NCBI GenBank assembly: GCA_951406725.2 | Contig: OX597820.1 | Coordinates: 39,432,001 to 39,496,000, forward strand | Direction of reading: 5' to 3' | From: Octopus vulgaris | Taxonomy: Eukaryota | DNA: 64,000 nucleotides | Shown: one piece after another, positions 61,198 to 64,000 of the stretch | Layout of the letters: each line of letters begins with the position of its first letter | How positions within the stretch are numbered: the first letter of the stretch is position 1 | Made by a program: the position numbers and the translations under genes | Notes under the pieces: model-generated | Seen by the model: the letters and a program-made list of their open reading frames with translations, nothing else | The model's database searches: none | What the model was told of the DNA's origin: nothing

Positions 61198-62899
61198 TTT
61201 ACAATAAAAAAATATTATTATTATCATCTTTTACTGAATCACCTTCACTCACACTAGACTCGCACATATCATCACTTGTAGACGCATTCGCCAATTCACA
61301 AGTTCTAGTAGGCAAACTTGTAAATTTCTTTTTAAAAAACAAGTCTCTAGTTGCTTGCTTAGAGGAAGTGTTTTTTCGCTCTCTGTATATTTCTCAGTGA
61401 CATGCAGATGCATTTGTTACAGTAATTTTTTCACTCATTTAATGAAATTAAATCTTTTGATTGATTTTGTTGATTTTTGTATCAAGTAACAGATGGCATT
61501 TTAAAATTACAACTTCCTGTACCACTTGTATAATTATAGTTATATTAACTAACAAATGTCACTTGTGACCAGCTGTGGTCACTCCATGACCAGGATTGCA
61601 GGAGATACAAATAGGTGGCTTTAACGAATACTAAAGTCAACAAGTTTAGAGTAAGAGAGCAAAGAAGCCATAGCAAAATATTGATTTTATTTTTAGTCTG
61701 CAGAGAAATGGCTAAAATTTGCCCTGTTTATCATTATACCATATGTCACATGGTGGCTGCCCCCTCGCTATCGAGTATAGCCATTGCACGAAGCTTAATC
61801 AATGTTGTTATCATGCAATGCATGTGCAAGAAGATTTTTTTTAAAGTGAGGAAAGGCTGTGCACTGAGTCAATACCACTCACTAAGCAACAGCAGTCATA
61901 ATCTGAAAAGAAGAACAAGTCAACATCATCGGTAACCACTGAGCTGCAGGTTTTATGTCGGAGTTATCCCAGTTACCTGAGTTACCTTCTCCTAGAAGGA
62001 TGCCCTAACAAAGGCTTGGAGTCCTTCACTCCCAATGGTTTAACCACGCGATCAGGTATTCAGTCCGATTATTTCTATATCCCCGCGCATGGTACAGCCT
62101 TAAGACGTTTATTGGATGGCCGTTGACTCTCAAGAGTTCCTCTGCCCTTTGACGGGTTTTGTTTTTCATCCCGCAGGGTGTCCAATAAATACTCTCTTCA
62201 CCAAGCAAGCTTGGTGGGGTTGCCGGTTTAGTCGCCGACGACCCGACCATGCAACAGGTTGTACTGGGTTATATGTTACCAGTAGCACTCGAAAGTCACA
62301 TACATACATACATACATACATAAATACACACATAAGTCCTGGGGTCGATTTGTTTGACTAAAAATCAAGGCAGTGCTCCAGTATGACTGCAATAAAATGA
62401 CTGAAACAAATAAAAGAGTACAAGAATGTGTATGTTTGTGTGCAGATATTTGTACCTCCTTGTCTTGATGTCATGTGAGAGTTCTCAGATGATTGTCAGT
62501 GTCATAAGCAGTGTTTTTCATATCCAATATTCTTTGAGAAAATGTCTGGACATGGAGAAATATTAATTAACTTGGAAACAGGTGAGAGTTGGCTACAAGA
62601 AGGGCATCTGACCATAGAAAATCTGCCTCACTAATCTTTGTCTGATCCAGGAAAACATGATGATGATGATGATGTGTGTGTACATGTGTGTAAACACACA
62701 CACACACACATCTTTGTGTATATATGTGTAAGTACATATATGTATACAGAGAGAAGTGTGTATGTGCATGTATATCCTGTTCACGTGTTTGTAGTGATCC
62801 CCATACTTATTTCATTGATTGCTTCTTATGGAAATACAGATATACTCTTGGATGCATGCACACACATGCATGTACAGAAACATGCACACACATTTACTT

Positions 62900-63160
62900 T
62901 ACTGGCACTTGTGCCAGTGTGCAGGTGACACGTAAAAAAAAACGGTGATTTTCCATGACCCTTGCCCATACCGGTGGCACGTAAAAGTACCCACTACACT
63001 CTCAGAATGGTTGGCATTAGGAAGGGCATCCAGCTGTAGAAACTCTGCCAAATCAAGATTGGAGCCTGGTGCAGCCATCTGGTTCTCCAGTCCTCAGTCA
63101 AATCATCCAACCCATGCTAGTATGGAATGTGGACATTAAACGATGATGATGATGATGATG
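62900..63160 (+). mobile_element. SINE-like family C
   Basis: Ends GGACATTAAACGATGATGATG; reverse complement of 45368-45560. Confidence 0.8.
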
Positions 63161-64000
63161 TACATGATATACTTCTGCTCAGTTTGCAGCTACTAAATGC
63201 AACTGCACATCACCTTGGATAACAAATGTAGCCTTAGATGGGCTCAGAAAGCATGAGTCCATCCAAAGCTACATTTACCTAAAGTAGCATAATTCATTTT
63301 ATTTGCTTCAGTCATCCAACTGCAGCCAATTCTGTGGCCCCCACCTGGAAGAATTTTAGTTGAACAAATCAATCCCAGTACTAATTCTTTTTTTTTTTTA
63401 ATGCCAGGTACTTATTGTATCCTATACCTTTGCAGAACTGCTAAGTTACAAGGGCATAAACACATCAACACCAGTTGTCAAGCAGTGGTGGGGGACATTT
63501 ACAAAGACACATACATAAATACACACACACACATACGCATGACTGGCTTCTTTCAGTTTCCCCTCTACAGATTCACTCACTAGGCTTTGGCTGGTTATAA
63601 CTATAGTAGAAGACAAGTAACGAAGCTGCCACACAGTGGGACTGAACCCAGAACCATGTGGCTGGTAATCAAACTTTTTATCACACAGCCACAGCTATAT
63701 GCAGTGGATTCAAACATGGAAGCATTGATTGAGAAGCAAACTTCTTTTCTTCTTGCATGTTGTGTGTGTGTGTGTGTGTGTGTGTGTACACACAAAATTT
63801 AATGGAAGAAGGATTTGAAGTCCGGGCATTCTGATACAATCCAGATCTGGTTAGCCTCATTGAATACTAGGGAACATACAGAATTGTTTGAGATAAACAA
63901 CTAAACAGTACTTCACTTGATAAGTAAACCCCGAGTTTGCTTTACTGGATTTCGTACAGCATACAGAGTATATAATCAAGACATCATAAAGCTAAATGGA

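Overview
AT-rich, microsatellite-dense eukaryotic DNA whose repeat families (tRNA-headed SINEs with internal CA tracts, Meta/CORE-type SINEs, Penelope-like elements in (TA)n) point to an octopus genome (inference from recalled repeat families). Two host genes are supported. One is a GT31 beta-1,3-glycosyltransferase-like CDS (~30.9-32.1 kb, +) with an unusual C-terminal transmembrane anchor and a degenerate DxD motif. The other is the first coding exon of the Golgi PAPS transporter SLC35B3/PAPST2 (52.6-53.1 kb, +), downstream of a CpG-retaining promoter region (~47.7-52.4 kb). The rest is mostly transposon debris: Penelope GIY-YIG remnant, mariner, RTE and R4/Dong LINE fragments, Helitrons, pogo/Tigger, piggyBac and 8-bp-TSD MITEs, many SINEs and a 27-bp minisatellite. 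Notable structure includes several minimal hammerhead ribozyme motifs, long perfect foldbacks, a head-to-tail SINE array with an R4 LINE in its (TAA)n tails, and alternating CpG-decay domains. Most short ORFs in the track are microsatellite or SINE read-through. All calls are by eye; repeat boundaries are approximate unless a TSD or TIR is cited.
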